From positions 1-37,156 of the forward strand of contig CANCMM010000001.1 in the NCBI GenBank assembly GCA_947379335.1: DNA of 37,156 bases. The letters run 5' to 3'. The notes under the pieces are model-generated. The model did no database searches, was not told the DNA's origin, and saw only the letters and a list, made by a program, of their open reading frames with translations. This document shows positions 1 to 8,072 of the stretch, piece by piece. Position 1 is the stretch's first letter. The number at the start of each line of letters is the position of its first letter. Both the position numbers and the translations under genes were made by a program. This DNA comes from Alphaproteobacteria bacterium. GTDB taxonomy: Bacteria > Pseudomonadota > Alphaproteobacteria > Micropepsales > Micropepsaceae.

Positions 1-2156
1 TCATCCAGCTTGTAGGACGACCACAGTGAGAAGGCGTTCTTCGGCACGAAGATCACCTGAGTGCCGATGGTGTAGGGGTTAGGCGCGCAAACCAGGGTGG
101 TGGTGTTGCAGAAATTGTCGCTGGTCACCTTGGAATCCAGGAAAGTATAGGCGCCGATGACATTCCACTGTTCGGTGATCTGGCCGGTGGCGGAGAACTC
201 AAGCCCCTGCACCCGGTCCTTCTCGCCCGACTGGGCGGTGGAGATGCCGCTGACCGGATCGGTGATCACCGAATTGCTCTTGAGCACCTTGAACACCGAA
301 CCGGACAGGCCCAGCGCACCGTCGAAGAAGCTCTTCTTGGCGCCGATTTCCAGGGTCTCGCTCAGCTCCGGGTCCAGCGCCTGGTTGGCGGTGGTGATCG
401 GCGTGGGCGAACCCACGATCGAGGTGCCCTGCGGCACCGACGACTTGCCATAGGAGACGTAATAGGTCTGGTCCTCGGACTGCTCCCACACCAGGGCGCC
501 GCGCGGATTGACCAGGGTCTGGGGTGAACGGGCGATGGTGGTCTGCGGCCCCGTCGACACCGTGCCAACTGCGGTGGAGGCGAAGGTAGGCGTGTAACGA
601 TCCATGCGCACGCCGCCGATCACCGAAATTTCCGGGGTGACATAGAAGCGGTCGGTGGCGAAGAAGGCCAGGTCCGTGGAATGGCCGCTGGACGTCACCA
701 CGCTGGTCGCCGTGTCGTTGGTGAGGCCGCCGGCGACATTGGCCGCGGTGGGCAGGATCACGCTATAGCCGGGCGGCGAGATATGCGTGGGATTGTACAG
801 CGAGACGCCGATATTGCGGCGGTTCGGCGTATGGTTGCCCAGCGTATAGGTAAATTGCGCCGCGGTCGGAAGGGTGTAGGCGTAAATCGTGCGGTCGGCA
901 TTCTGGTAGGACGCGTCCAGCCCTGCGATGGCAATATTGCGGAAGCTGCCGAACATGTTATCGGCCTTGGCGGTGAACACATCCTGCGCGCCCCAGCTGT
1001 TCTGCTGGTACGGACCGCCGCCGCCGATCTGGCCCAGCGCCGCGCGCGGATCGGCCGTGCCGGCCGCCGAAGTCGGCGTCGCCTGGCCGAAGACCACCGC
1101 CGAGCAATAGTTGGTCGAGGTCGCGTTGGCGGATGTCTGGGTGTTCGGCGGAATGGTGAACTCGCAGGTATCCACCGTCGTGTACTGGAAATAGCGCGAA
1201 TAGGCCGCGGCGCGGGTGTCGTTGGTCAAGGTCAGCCACGGCGCCGCCTGGTGCGCCCATTTCATGGTGACGATATCGGCGTCGTTGCGGTCCAAGTCGC
1301 TGGCGAACTGGGTGTTGGTGTTGCGCGGCACGCCATATTCGCTGACCGGCTCGGCGATCAACTGACCGGGCCGTTGCGCTACGGCCAAGCCATAGTCGGG
1401 ATGGGCGTCAGTGTGTTGGTGCATGTAGCCCAGCGACCATTGGGTGTCGGTGCCCAGGCCAAAGCTGATGGTGGGCGCGATGCCCCAGCGGGTGCTGTGC
1501 GAGAAATCGCGGTCCACAACGCCGGTGTCGGTATACATCAGATTGACGCGCAGCGCGGCGGTGTCGGAGAAGGCATAGTTCAGGTCGGCGGTACCGCGGA
1601 CATGGCCGCCATTGCCGCCTTCGATCGCGACATTATAGCGGTCCTTGAGAAACGGGGTCTTGGAGATGGTGTTGATGGCGCCGCCGGTGGTGCCACGGCC
1701 GAACATCAGGCCGGACGGGCCCTTAAGCACCTGGACTTCTTCATAGTTGAAACTGTCGCGGGCATAGGCGCCGAAATCGCGCAAGCCATCGAGATAGATA
1801 TCGTCCTTGGCATCGAAGCCGCGGATGCGGAACTGGTCGCCGGCCAGAGTGCCGCCTTCGCCGATGGCGATGGTGATGCCCGGCACGTTGCGCAGCGCAT
1901 CTCCAAGAGTGGTGACGGCCTGCTGCTTCATGGTGGCCGAATCGATGACGTTCACCGCCTGGGGCGTGTCCTGGATGCTGGCCGACGGCATCGGGGCCAG
2001 CGGCGGCGCATGGTTCAGGCCATTCTTGTCGGCATTGTCGTTGACCGAGACCGGGCCCAACTGCACAGGCTGCGCGGCGGCAGGCGCGGCGAGCATCAGC
2101 GTTGCCAGCACGGTGATGGAAGCGCCAGACAGCGCCAGAGACTTGCGATGAGACAT
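1..2156 (-). CDS. TonB-dependent receptor, Fiu/catecholate-siderophore type (3' end outside window)
   Basis: Not in the ORF track because its stop lies outside the window. Manual translation from ATG 2156 gives a signal peptide (MSHRKSLALSGASITVLATLMLAAPAAA), plug motifs (SIQDTPQAVNVI, LGDALRNVPGITIAIGEGG, FRIRGFDAKDDIYLDGLRD, EEVQVLKGPSGLMFGRGTTGGAINTISK) and a late barrel motif (VPKNAFSLWSSYKL) at the window edge in the same frame. Confidence 0.93.
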   Translation of the reverse strand, partial: MSHRKSLALSGASITVLATLMLAAPAAAQPVQLGPVSVNDNADKNGLNHAPPLAPMPSASIQDTPQAVNVIDSATMKQQAVTTLGDALRNVPGITIAIGEGGTLAGDQFRIRGFDAKDDIYLDGLRDFGAYARDSFNYEEVQVLKGPSGLMFGRGTTGGAINTISKTPFLKDRYNVAIEGGNGGHVRGTADLNYAFSDTAALRVNLMYTDTGVVDRDFSHSTRWGIAPTISFGLGTDTQWSLGYMHQHTDAHPDYGLAVAQRPGQLIAEPVSEYGVPRNTNTQFASDLDRNDADIVTMKWAHQAAPWLTLTNDTRAAAYSRYFQYTTVDTCEFTIPPNTQTSANATSTNYCSAVVFGQATPTSAAGTADPRAALGQIGGGGPYQQNSWGAQDVFTAKADNMFGSFRNIAIAGLDASYQNADRTIYAYTLPTAAQFTYTLGNHTPNRRNIGVSLYNPTHISPPGYSVILPTAANVAGGLTNDTATSVVTSSGHSTDLAFFATDRFYVTPEISVIGGVRMDRYTPTFASTAVGTVSTGPQTTIARSPQTLVNPRGALVWEQSEDQTYYVSYGKSSVPQGTSIVGSPTPITTANQALDPELSETLEIGAKKSFFDGALGLSGSVFKVLKSNSVITDPVSGISTAQSGEKDRVQGLEFSATGQITEQWNVIGAYTFLDSKVTSDNFCNTTTLVCAPNPYTIGTQVIFVPKNAFSLWSSYKLD

Positions 2157-2198
2157 TGTAAGAACCCCTTGAAGATCAGCATTGGTTTGTTTCGACCT

Positions 2199-2241
2199 GG
2201 CTGGCTTCCTGTGGTCCGCAAGCGTGCGGAGGGGCTGGCTT
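2199..2241 (-). promoter_or_regulatory. Two 9-nt direct repeats (AAGCCAGCC on the minus strand) flanking a 6-bp hairpin in the receptor leader; candidate HmuP/HemP-responsive element
   Basis: GGCTGGCTT at 2199-2207 and 2233-2241 on the + strand, with hairpin TCCGCA-AGCG-TGCGGA at 2215-2230 between them. Lies between hemP and the receptor start. Function is inferred. Confidence 0.55.
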
Positions 2242-2271
2242 GGTACGCGGGCACAAAGACGGCGCACTGGC

Positions 2272-2433
2272 TCACTTGGTGAGGATCAGCTTGCCGTTGC
2301 TCGTGAGGCGCAGACGGTATTCATCCCCGTCATGCAGCAGGACCGCTTCGCGCCCGCCGGCCATCAGATCGCTGACCGCGATCCGCTTGGGCTGGGGGGC
2401 CAAAATCGGCCGTTTGACGGGTTTCCCCGGCAT
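2272..2433 (-). CDS. hemP: Hemin uptake protein HemP/HmuP (53 aa)
   Basis: Manual translation: MPGKPVKRPILAPQPKRIAVSDLMAGGREAVLLHDGDEYRLRLTSNGKLILTK. The C-terminus matches the family signature H-x-G-x-x-Y-x-L-R-x-T-x-x-G-K-L-I-L-T-K. RBS-like GAGGGA upstream. Confidence 0.95.
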   Translation of the reverse strand: MPGKPVKRPILAPQPKRIAVSDLMAGGREAVLLHDGDEYRLRLTSNGKLILTK

Positions 2434-2446
2434 GCAGTTCCCTCAC

Positions 2447-2463
2447 TTGCGAGACGCTATCAA
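2447..2463. promoter_or_regulatory. Possible second, degenerate Fur-like site
   Basis: TTGCGAGACGCTATCAA has the same TTG-N11-CAA geometry as the adjacent palindrome and sits just upstream of the hemP RBS. Confidence 0.35.
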
Positions 2464-2478
2464 ACACAGCGCCTTCCT

Positions 2479-2499
2479 ATTTGCAAGTGACTTGCAAAT
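2479..2499. promoter_or_regulatory. Perfect 10-1-10 inverted repeat; probable alphaproteobacterial-type Fur (iron regulator) box
   Basis: ATTTGCAAGT-G-ACTTGCAAAT, about 45 nt upstream of hemP and the siderophore-type receptor. AT-rich within a GC-rich background. Confidence 0.75.
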
Positions 2500-2623
2500 T
2501 CAATCTCAGGAAGTGTGATTTTTGGACCAATCCCGCTTCATTTCAAGGGCTTGTCTTGTGAGCAGACGGGCGAGCCACGGCCCGCCAGGCCGACGCGCTG
2601 CCCACATTGGAAAAGATGCTGGG

Positions 2624-4987
2624 CTAATCCGGCAGCGCGAAGCTGATCAGGTTGGTGGAATCCATCGCCGCGACATACTGCTTGCCGTCCAGCATGTAGG
2701 TCATGGGCGAGGCCCGCCAGCTGTCATTGGCGCGGAAGCTCCACAGGGTCTTGCCGGTTTTGGCATCCACCGCCGCGAAATCCCCACCGGTCTCGCCATG
2801 GAACAGGACACCGCCGGCTGTGGTCAGCACGCCGGTATAGTTGGTCTCCTGCGGCCCGGTCAGCAGCTTTTCCCACACCATGTCGCCGGTCTCGATATTC
2901 AACGCCCGCACCAGCCGGGTGCCGACATTCGACGGATCGGGATTGGGCCCGAAGATCTTGCCGCTCTTGCGATAGATGCCGCAGTCTTCGGCCGCCATCA
3001 CATAGAACAGCCGGGTCTGCGGATCGTAGGACGGCGCGTACCAGTTGGTGGCGCCGCGCACACCCGGGCAGGTCACGGTGCCATCCACCGTCGGCGTGTT
3101 GCCTTCGGTCAGGATCGGCGTGCCGTCTTTTTCGAAGCCCTTGGCCCAGGTCATCTTCTTGACGAAGGGCTTGGCCAAAAGGAACGCGCCATTGGTGCGG
3201 TCGATCACATAGAAGATGCCGCTGCGCTGGGCCGACAGCAGCAGCTTGCGCGGCTTGCCCTTCCACATCGCATCCACCAGCACCATGGACTGGGTCGCAT
3301 CCCAGTCATGGGTGTCATAGGGCGTAAACTGGAAGTGCCATTTGAACTTGCCGGTCTTCGCATCCAGCGCGATTACCGAATTGGTGTAGAGGTTGCGCCC
3401 ACCGCGCTCATCCGGATCGGTATCGGGATAGGGATTGCCCACCGCCCAATACAGCGTGCCGGTTTCGGCATCGTACGAGCCGGTGTGCCAGGTGGCGCCG
3501 CCACCGGTTTCCAGCGCACGGCCGACCCAGGTCTTGGCCAGCGGCATCTCGCCGGGTTTCGGGATGGTATAAAAACGCCAGGCCAGCTTGCCGCTGTCGG
3601 GGCGGTACGCCGCCAGGAAGCCGCGCATGGGGGAATCACCGCCGGCGATGCCAGCGACGATCATATCGTTCACCACCATCGGCGCCATGGAGCTGTAGAA
3701 TTTGCCCTTGGCGCCCTTCTCGGGCAGCCACACGCTCCACATCACAGCGCCGGTCAGGCGGTTGAGGCAGACCAGATAGGCGTCGTCGGAAATATAGAAA
3801 ACGCGATCACCCAGCACCGCCACGCCGCGATTGGGCCCGACCGGCGGGGCTGCGCTCTTGGGCGCTGAGGCGATGCCGCTGTTGCGCGGCACGCACCAGA
3901 TGGGCGCACCGGTCCGGGCGTTGAGCGCGCAGACACGCGTTCCACCCGTAACAACCATCATGTCACCGACCACGATGGGCGTACCTTCCAGCCCCGAACC
4001 TCCCGGCGCAAAGAGGAACTGCGGCTGCAGTTGTTTCACATTGGCGGTGGTGATCTGGTCCAGCGATGAGAAACGGTTGCCGTCAAAGCCGCCATTGTAG
4101 CTGGTCCAGTCGCCGCGCCGCGGCTTCATGATCTGGTCGATATCGGCTTGCGTCACCGGCGCAGCTGCCGTGGCCAGCGGCCCTTCTTCCACACCAGCAA
4201 GGCTTGAGAAATAGGCCAGCAAATCGCGGCGCTGGTCCGCCGTGGCATGCAGCACCGGCATAATGGACTGCTTCTCGCGCGTCACCGAATTGTACTTCGA
4301 CGCGTCCAGCAGATGCAGCTTGCCGTCCAATGTCTGGATCTGGGCTTCATGCTCGGTCTGGCCTCGCAGGAAACCGCGCAAGGTGCCGCCATCCTTCAAC
4401 GCGACATCTGCGACGGCCCAGGAAAAATCCGGACAGAAGGCCCAGAAAGGACAGACGCCAAGCGTCTTCTTGCCCATCTGGCCGGTCGGATTGTCCAACC
4501 AGGCATTGATTTCCTTGATGGTGGAACGCGCACCGATCCCCGACAGGTCGGGGCCATTGCTGCCGCCGCGGCCCTTGACCATGTGACAGCCGCTGCAGCC
4601 GCCTTCGCCGAAGAAGAAGGCCTCGCCCGCCGCCACCTGCTGCGGCGGCGCGTTGCCCAGTGCGGAATCATTCATGGACTTGAGCCAGGTGGCGATGCGC
4701 ATCACCTGTTCCGGCGGCAGGCTGGCAAAGGACGGCATGCCGCCGGAGATGCCGCGCCGGATAATGGCGGCGATACCGCCCGCATCCAGGCGGCGCAGAT
4801 CGGGATTGTCGGCCAGTGCCGGGGCGCGATCGCCGCCGCCGCCGCCGGAGCCATGGCAGACGGCGCAATTCTTCTCGAAGTCATCCTTTGCCGCCGCGAA
4901 GACTTCCTGTGCCCGGGGGGCATGGACATATCCCAGCGCGCCAACGGCGAGCAGAACGAACAACGCGGCGGCGAGTTTTTTCATCAT
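2624..4987 (-). CDS. Periplasmic PQQ-type (methanol/ethanol family fold) dehydrogenase with two N-terminal c-type haem domains
   Basis: Signal peptide; CAVCH and CSGCH haem motifs; PQQ propeller motifs WTSYNG..GNRFSSLDQIT, EGTPIVV, NRGVAV, GGGATW, GNPYP, WHFQFTPYDTHDWD, CPGVRGATNW, ASPMTY..DGKQYVA. Confidence 0.88.
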   Translation of the reverse strand: MMKKLAAALFVLLAVGALGYVHAPRAQEVFAAAKDDFEKNCAVCHGSGGGGGDRAPALADNPDLRRLDAGGIAAIIRRGISGGMPSFASLPPEQVMRIATWLKSMNDSALGNAPPQQVAAGEAFFFGEGGCSGCHMVKGRGGSNGPDLSGIGARSTIKEINAWLDNPTGQMGKKTLGVCPFWAFCPDFSWAVADVALKDGGTLRGFLRGQTEHEAQIQTLDGKLHLLDASKYNSVTREKQSIMPVLHATADQRRDLLAYFSSLAGVEEGPLATAAAPVTQADIDQIMKPRRGDWTSYNGGFDGNRFSSLDQITTANVKQLQPQFLFAPGGSGLEGTPIVVGDMMVVTGGTRVCALNARTGAPIWCVPRNSGIASAPKSAAPPVGPNRGVAVLGDRVFYISDDAYLVCLNRLTGAVMWSVWLPEKGAKGKFYSSMAPMVVNDMIVAGIAGGDSPMRGFLAAYRPDSGKLAWRFYTIPKPGEMPLAKTWVGRALETGGGATWHTGSYDAETGTLYWAVGNPYPDTDPDERGGRNLYTNSVIALDAKTGKFKWHFQFTPYDTHDWDATQSMVLVDAMWKGKPRKLLLSAQRSGIFYVIDRTNGAFLLAKPFVKKMTWAKGFEKDGTPILTEGNTPTVDGTVTCPGVRGATNWYAPSYDPQTRLFYVMAAEDCGIYRKSGKIFGPNPDPSNVGTRLVRALNIETGDMVWEKLLTGPQETNYTGVLTTAGGVLFHGETGGDFAAVDAKTGKTLWSFRANDSWRASPMTYMLDGKQYVAAMDSTNLISFALPD

Positions 4988-4998
4988 GCGCTTTTCAA

Positions 4999-5103
4999 TC
5001 AGACCGGTGTCGCGTCGCGATCCCAGCCCAGCCGGGGCGTGGGTAACGTCAAGGCACCTGCCGCCACCGCCGCCGCACCGGTCACGAAATCACGCCGTTT
5101 CAT
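4999..5103 (-). CDS. 34-aa ORF consisting essentially of a twin-arginine (Tat) leader; micropeptide or gene remnant
   Basis: Manual translation: MKRRDFVTGAAAVAAGALTLPTPRLGWDRDATPV. Strong RBS (GAAGGGGAG) 6 nt before the ATG. Fills the gap between the two dehydrogenase genes. Confidence 0.55.
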   Translation of the reverse strand: MKRRDFVTGAAAVAAGALTLPTPRLGWDRDATPV

Positions 5104-5159
5104 GCTGTGCTCCCCTTCATGCGCCGCTTTATGGGCGTTTGAAGGGAAGCCTATCGCGC

Positions 5160-6707
5160 CTAGTTCGCCGGTACTAGCCGGATGATGGAGCCGCCCTTGG
5201 CATCGCCATTCATGTTTTGCAGCAGCACATAGAGCAGTCCATCCGGTCCCATCTTGACGTCACGCACCCGGCCGGAATCGGCGATCACCGTTTCCTGGGA
5301 GACGATCTCGCGGTTCTTGATCTCCATGCGGATCAGCTTCTGGCCGACCATGCCGGTGATGAAGAGATTGCCTTTCCAGGCGGGGAATTTGTCCCCCGTA
5401 TAGAAAGTGATGCCGCTGGGGCCGATCGAGGGGTTGTAATAGGTGATCGGATCGGTGACGCCGGTGGCGTGCAGCCGGCCGATACCCGGCTCGATCCCGA
5501 AGGTGGCCATGCCCCAGCCGTAATTCTTGCCCGGTTCGATGATGTTGACCTCATCGCCGCCCACGGGGCCATGCTCGGTTTCCCAGAAGATGCCGGTGGC
5601 CGGATCGAACGTCAGGCCTTCGGGATTGCGGTGACCGAACGTCCAGACGCTGCCCAGCGCACCCGGCGTATGGACGAAAGGATTGTCCTTGGGGATCGAG
5701 CCATCGAGGTTGAGGCGATGGATCTTGCCCAAGGGCGAGGCCAGGTTCTGGGACATCTGCATGTCATGGCGCTCGCCCATGGACCAGAAGAAGTGGCCCT
5801 TGCCGTCAAACAGGAAGCGCGAGCCGTAATGGTCGGCGGTGACGCGATAGGAATCCACCGGCGGATTAAAAAGCACCTGCTGGTCCACCCACTCATTGTT
5901 GGCGTTGACCTTGCCACGCACGATCCAGGTCATGGTCGGCGGCGACATGTTGGGCGCCTGCTCGTCGCCCGGCTGAATCTGATAGCCCGGCACCACCGTG
6001 GAAAAGGACAGATAGATCCAGCCCGTCTTGGCGAAGTCGGGTGGCACCGCCACGTCCAGCAACCCACCGTCCTGGCGTTCGAACACCGCAGGCGTGCCCT
6101 TCACCGGCGCGGACGCATTGCCGCTCTTGTCCATGAAGCGCAGCTGGCCGGAGCGCTCGGTGAAGATCAGGCGGCCATCGGGCAGGAAGGCCAGGCCCCA
6201 GGGCTGGTTCAGGCCCTTGACCAGGGTCTCGACCTTGAAGCTGGCCTTCTGGCTGTTGAACACCTTGCCCGTGATGTCGGGCACGGGTCCGACCTTGCGG
6301 TTCACGATACCGCCGCGGATGCGCAACATCGCCGGAAGCTGGGCGATCTCATCAGGGAAGAACAAAGTCTTGAGGCTGGGCATGCCCGCCGCGGTGCCGT
6401 TGGTGACCGCCTCGACGATCTGGGCATCGGTGTGGCTGTTCAGGAACTCGTTGCTGAGCAAGGCGGGCGCCTTGGAGCCGGCCGCAGCGCTGTTGCCGTG
6501 ACAACCCGCGCAGGTGGTGTTGAAGATTTCGTTGGCGCGGGACTGCAGCAGCGCCGGCACCGGCGCCTGCTGCTTGCGGGCGGGGATTTTCAGTTCCTCC
6601 AGCGGCGCCGCGATGGCTTTCTGCTGCACGCCGGGTTGGGCCAAAGCGACCGACAGGCCGCCGGCAATCACGGTCGAGGCCAACGCGGCCAGCAGGATAC
6701 GTTTCAT
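5160..6707 (-). CDS. PQQ-dependent sugar dehydrogenase (GSDH/YliI-Asd family) with N-terminal cytochrome c domain
   Basis: Signal peptide; CAGCH and distal GMP; LNQPWGLAFLPDG, GGLLDVAV.PDF, HYGSRFLF, GERH, PKDNPF, GHRNPEGL, EHGP.GGDEVNII..GKNYGW, GRVRDVKMGPDG. Confidence 0.92.
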   Translation of the reverse strand: MKRILLAALASTVIAGGLSVALAQPGVQQKAIAAPLEELKIPARKQQAPVPALLQSRANEIFNTTCAGCHGNSAAAGSKAPALLSNEFLNSHTDAQIVEAVTNGTAAGMPSLKTLFFPDEIAQLPAMLRIRGGIVNRKVGPVPDITGKVFNSQKASFKVETLVKGLNQPWGLAFLPDGRLIFTERSGQLRFMDKSGNASAPVKGTPAVFERQDGGLLDVAVPPDFAKTGWIYLSFSTVVPGYQIQPGDEQAPNMSPPTMTWIVRGKVNANNEWVDQQVLFNPPVDSYRVTADHYGSRFLFDGKGHFFWSMGERHDMQMSQNLASPLGKIHRLNLDGSIPKDNPFVHTPGALGSVWTFGHRNPEGLTFDPATGIFWETEHGPVGGDEVNIIEPGKNYGWGMATFGIEPGIGRLHATGVTDPITYYNPSIGPSGITFYTGDKFPAWKGNLFITGMVGQKLIRMEIKNREIVSQETVIADSGRVRDVKMGPDGLLYVLLQNMNGDAKGGSIIRLVPAN

Positions 6708-6738
6708 GGAAGTCTCCCAAATCGCTTATTTTGCGGCG

Positions 6739-6766
6739 ACTATACCGTCTTACCAGACTGCGGCAA
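6739..6766 (-). promoter_or_regulatory. Candidate sigma70-type promoter for the cytochrome-fused sugar dehydrogenase
   Basis: Minus strand TTGCCG-N16-TATAGT, about 30 nt upstream of ATG 6707. Confidence 0.4.
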
Positions 6767-8072
6767 CGGCGCTTTCAAACTGTTCCAGGGTGAACTGGAC
6801 GTCAGCATCGCTGTGCGCCGCCGAAAGCGAGCATTGCTTGGTGGCGATGGGCACAAAGAACACCCCGCGCTGAATCAGGGCCCGGCGCAGCGCCACGTCC
6901 TTGCCGAAATCATGGCCTTCGATAATGTCATGCAGGTCGGCTGGCGGCTTTTCCATCAGATAGAAAGAGAAGGCCGAGCCCTGACGCGCCACGCAGGCCT
7001 TGATGCCGCGCTTCGCAAAGATGTCCAGGATACCCGCTTCCATCGCCGCGCCCATTTTCTCCATCCGGGGATAGAGCGAATCCTTGGTGGCGACCAGGTA
7101 ACGCACGGTCTCGATGGCGGCAGCGACCGCCACCGGATGGCCGTTATAAGTGCCCGCCACGAACGGACGGCGCGCGGGATCCGGATCGATAATCGAGTCC
7201 ATGTATTCAGCCTTGCCGCCGACCACCGCCAGCGGGAAGCCGTTGGCCACCGCCTTGCCATAGACAACCAGATCGGGGCGCACGCCGCTGATCTCGCTAT
7301 AACCGCCCACCGCATGACGGAAACCGGTCTTCACTTCGTCGAACACCAGCAGGAATCCGAACTCGTCGGCCAGGTCGCGCAGGCCTTCGAGATAACCGGG
7401 CTTGGGCTTCACCACCCCGATATTCTGCAGCAGCGGCTCGGTGATCAGGGCCGCGACAGGATAGCGGCGGCAGACATAGCGCACCGATTCCAGGTCGTTG
7501 TAATTTATCGCATGGGTGAAGTGGGTCTGGGCGATAGTGGTCCCTGCCCCCAACGGCTTGAGGGGATATTCACCCGGCGACACACGCGGCCCGATCTCGG
7601 CCAGGGTGTTGAAGACGTTTGTCGCCAACTCGTCATGATTGCCGTTATAGCCGCCCTGCATCACGATGATGTGCTGGCGATTGGTGACGGCGCGCGAAAT
7701 GCGGATGGCCAGCGAGGTCGCCTCGCTGCCGGTGTTCATCAAGGTGATCTTGTCCACCGCCGGCACATTCTCGCAGATCAGTTCGGCCAGACGGCCCTCG
7801 GAGATGGACGGCCCCGCCCCGAACAGGCTGTCGCCGCTGTTCAGCGCCGCGGCGGCTGCCATGTTGATTGTCTTGAAATTGTGCCCCAGGAAATAGGGCG
7901 CAAAGCCAGCGTGATAATCGATGTAGCGCTTGCCCTCGGTGTCCCACAGGTAAGCGCCCTCGGCCTTCACGAAAGTGATGGCCGGATCGATAGCGCGGTT
8001 GACCGAGGAAATGCCGCCGGGAATGTAGCGACGGTTGTGCTGCAGCACGGTTTCTGCGGAGGGCTTATCCAT
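6750..8072 (-). CDS. Class III PLP aminotransferase, glutamate-1-semialdehyde aminomutase (HemL)-like paralogue
   Basis: IPGGISSVNR, AEGAYLWDTEGKRYIDY, NTGSEAT, TEP, FDEVKTGFR, YGKAVANGFP (PLP lysine), AGTYNGHP. Has GGYNGNHD where HemL has GCYHGHxD, so hemL is not assigned. Confidence 0.85.
   Translation of the reverse strand: MDKPSAETVLQHNRRYIPGGISSVNRAIDPAITFVKAEGAYLWDTEGKRYIDYHAGFAPYFLGHNFKTINMAAAAALNSGDSLFGAGPSISEGRLAELICENVPAVDKITLMNTGSEATSLAIRISRAVTNRQHIIVMQGGYNGNHDELATNVFNTLAEIGPRVSPGEYPLKPLGAGTTIAQTHFTHAINYNDLESVRYVCRRYPVAALITEPLLQNIGVVKPKPGYLEGLRDLADEFGFLLVFDEVKTGFRHAVGGYSEISGVRPDLVVYGKAVANGFPLAVVGGKAEYMDSIIDPDPARRPFVAGTYNGHPVAVAAAIETVRYLVATKDSLYPRMEKMGAAMEAGILDIFAKRGIKACVARQGSAFSFYLMEKPPADLHDIIEGHDFGKDVALRRALIQRGVFFVPIATKQCSLSAAHSDADVQFTLEQFESAVAAVW

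Noticed and set aside
681-2282. 533-aa + strand ORF
   Set aside because: Codon-aligned antisense shadow of the TonB receptor; no family motifs.
4999-5103. Micro-ORF as a PqqA-type cofactor precursor
   Set aside because: Contains no Glu or Tyr, so no E-x-x-x-Y core, and no radical SAM or PqqD-like genes are nearby.
6750-8072. Calling this gene hemL and linking it with hemP as a haem locus
   Set aside because: Motif deviation and catabolic operon context; hemP belongs to a separate iron-regulated unit over 4 kb away.
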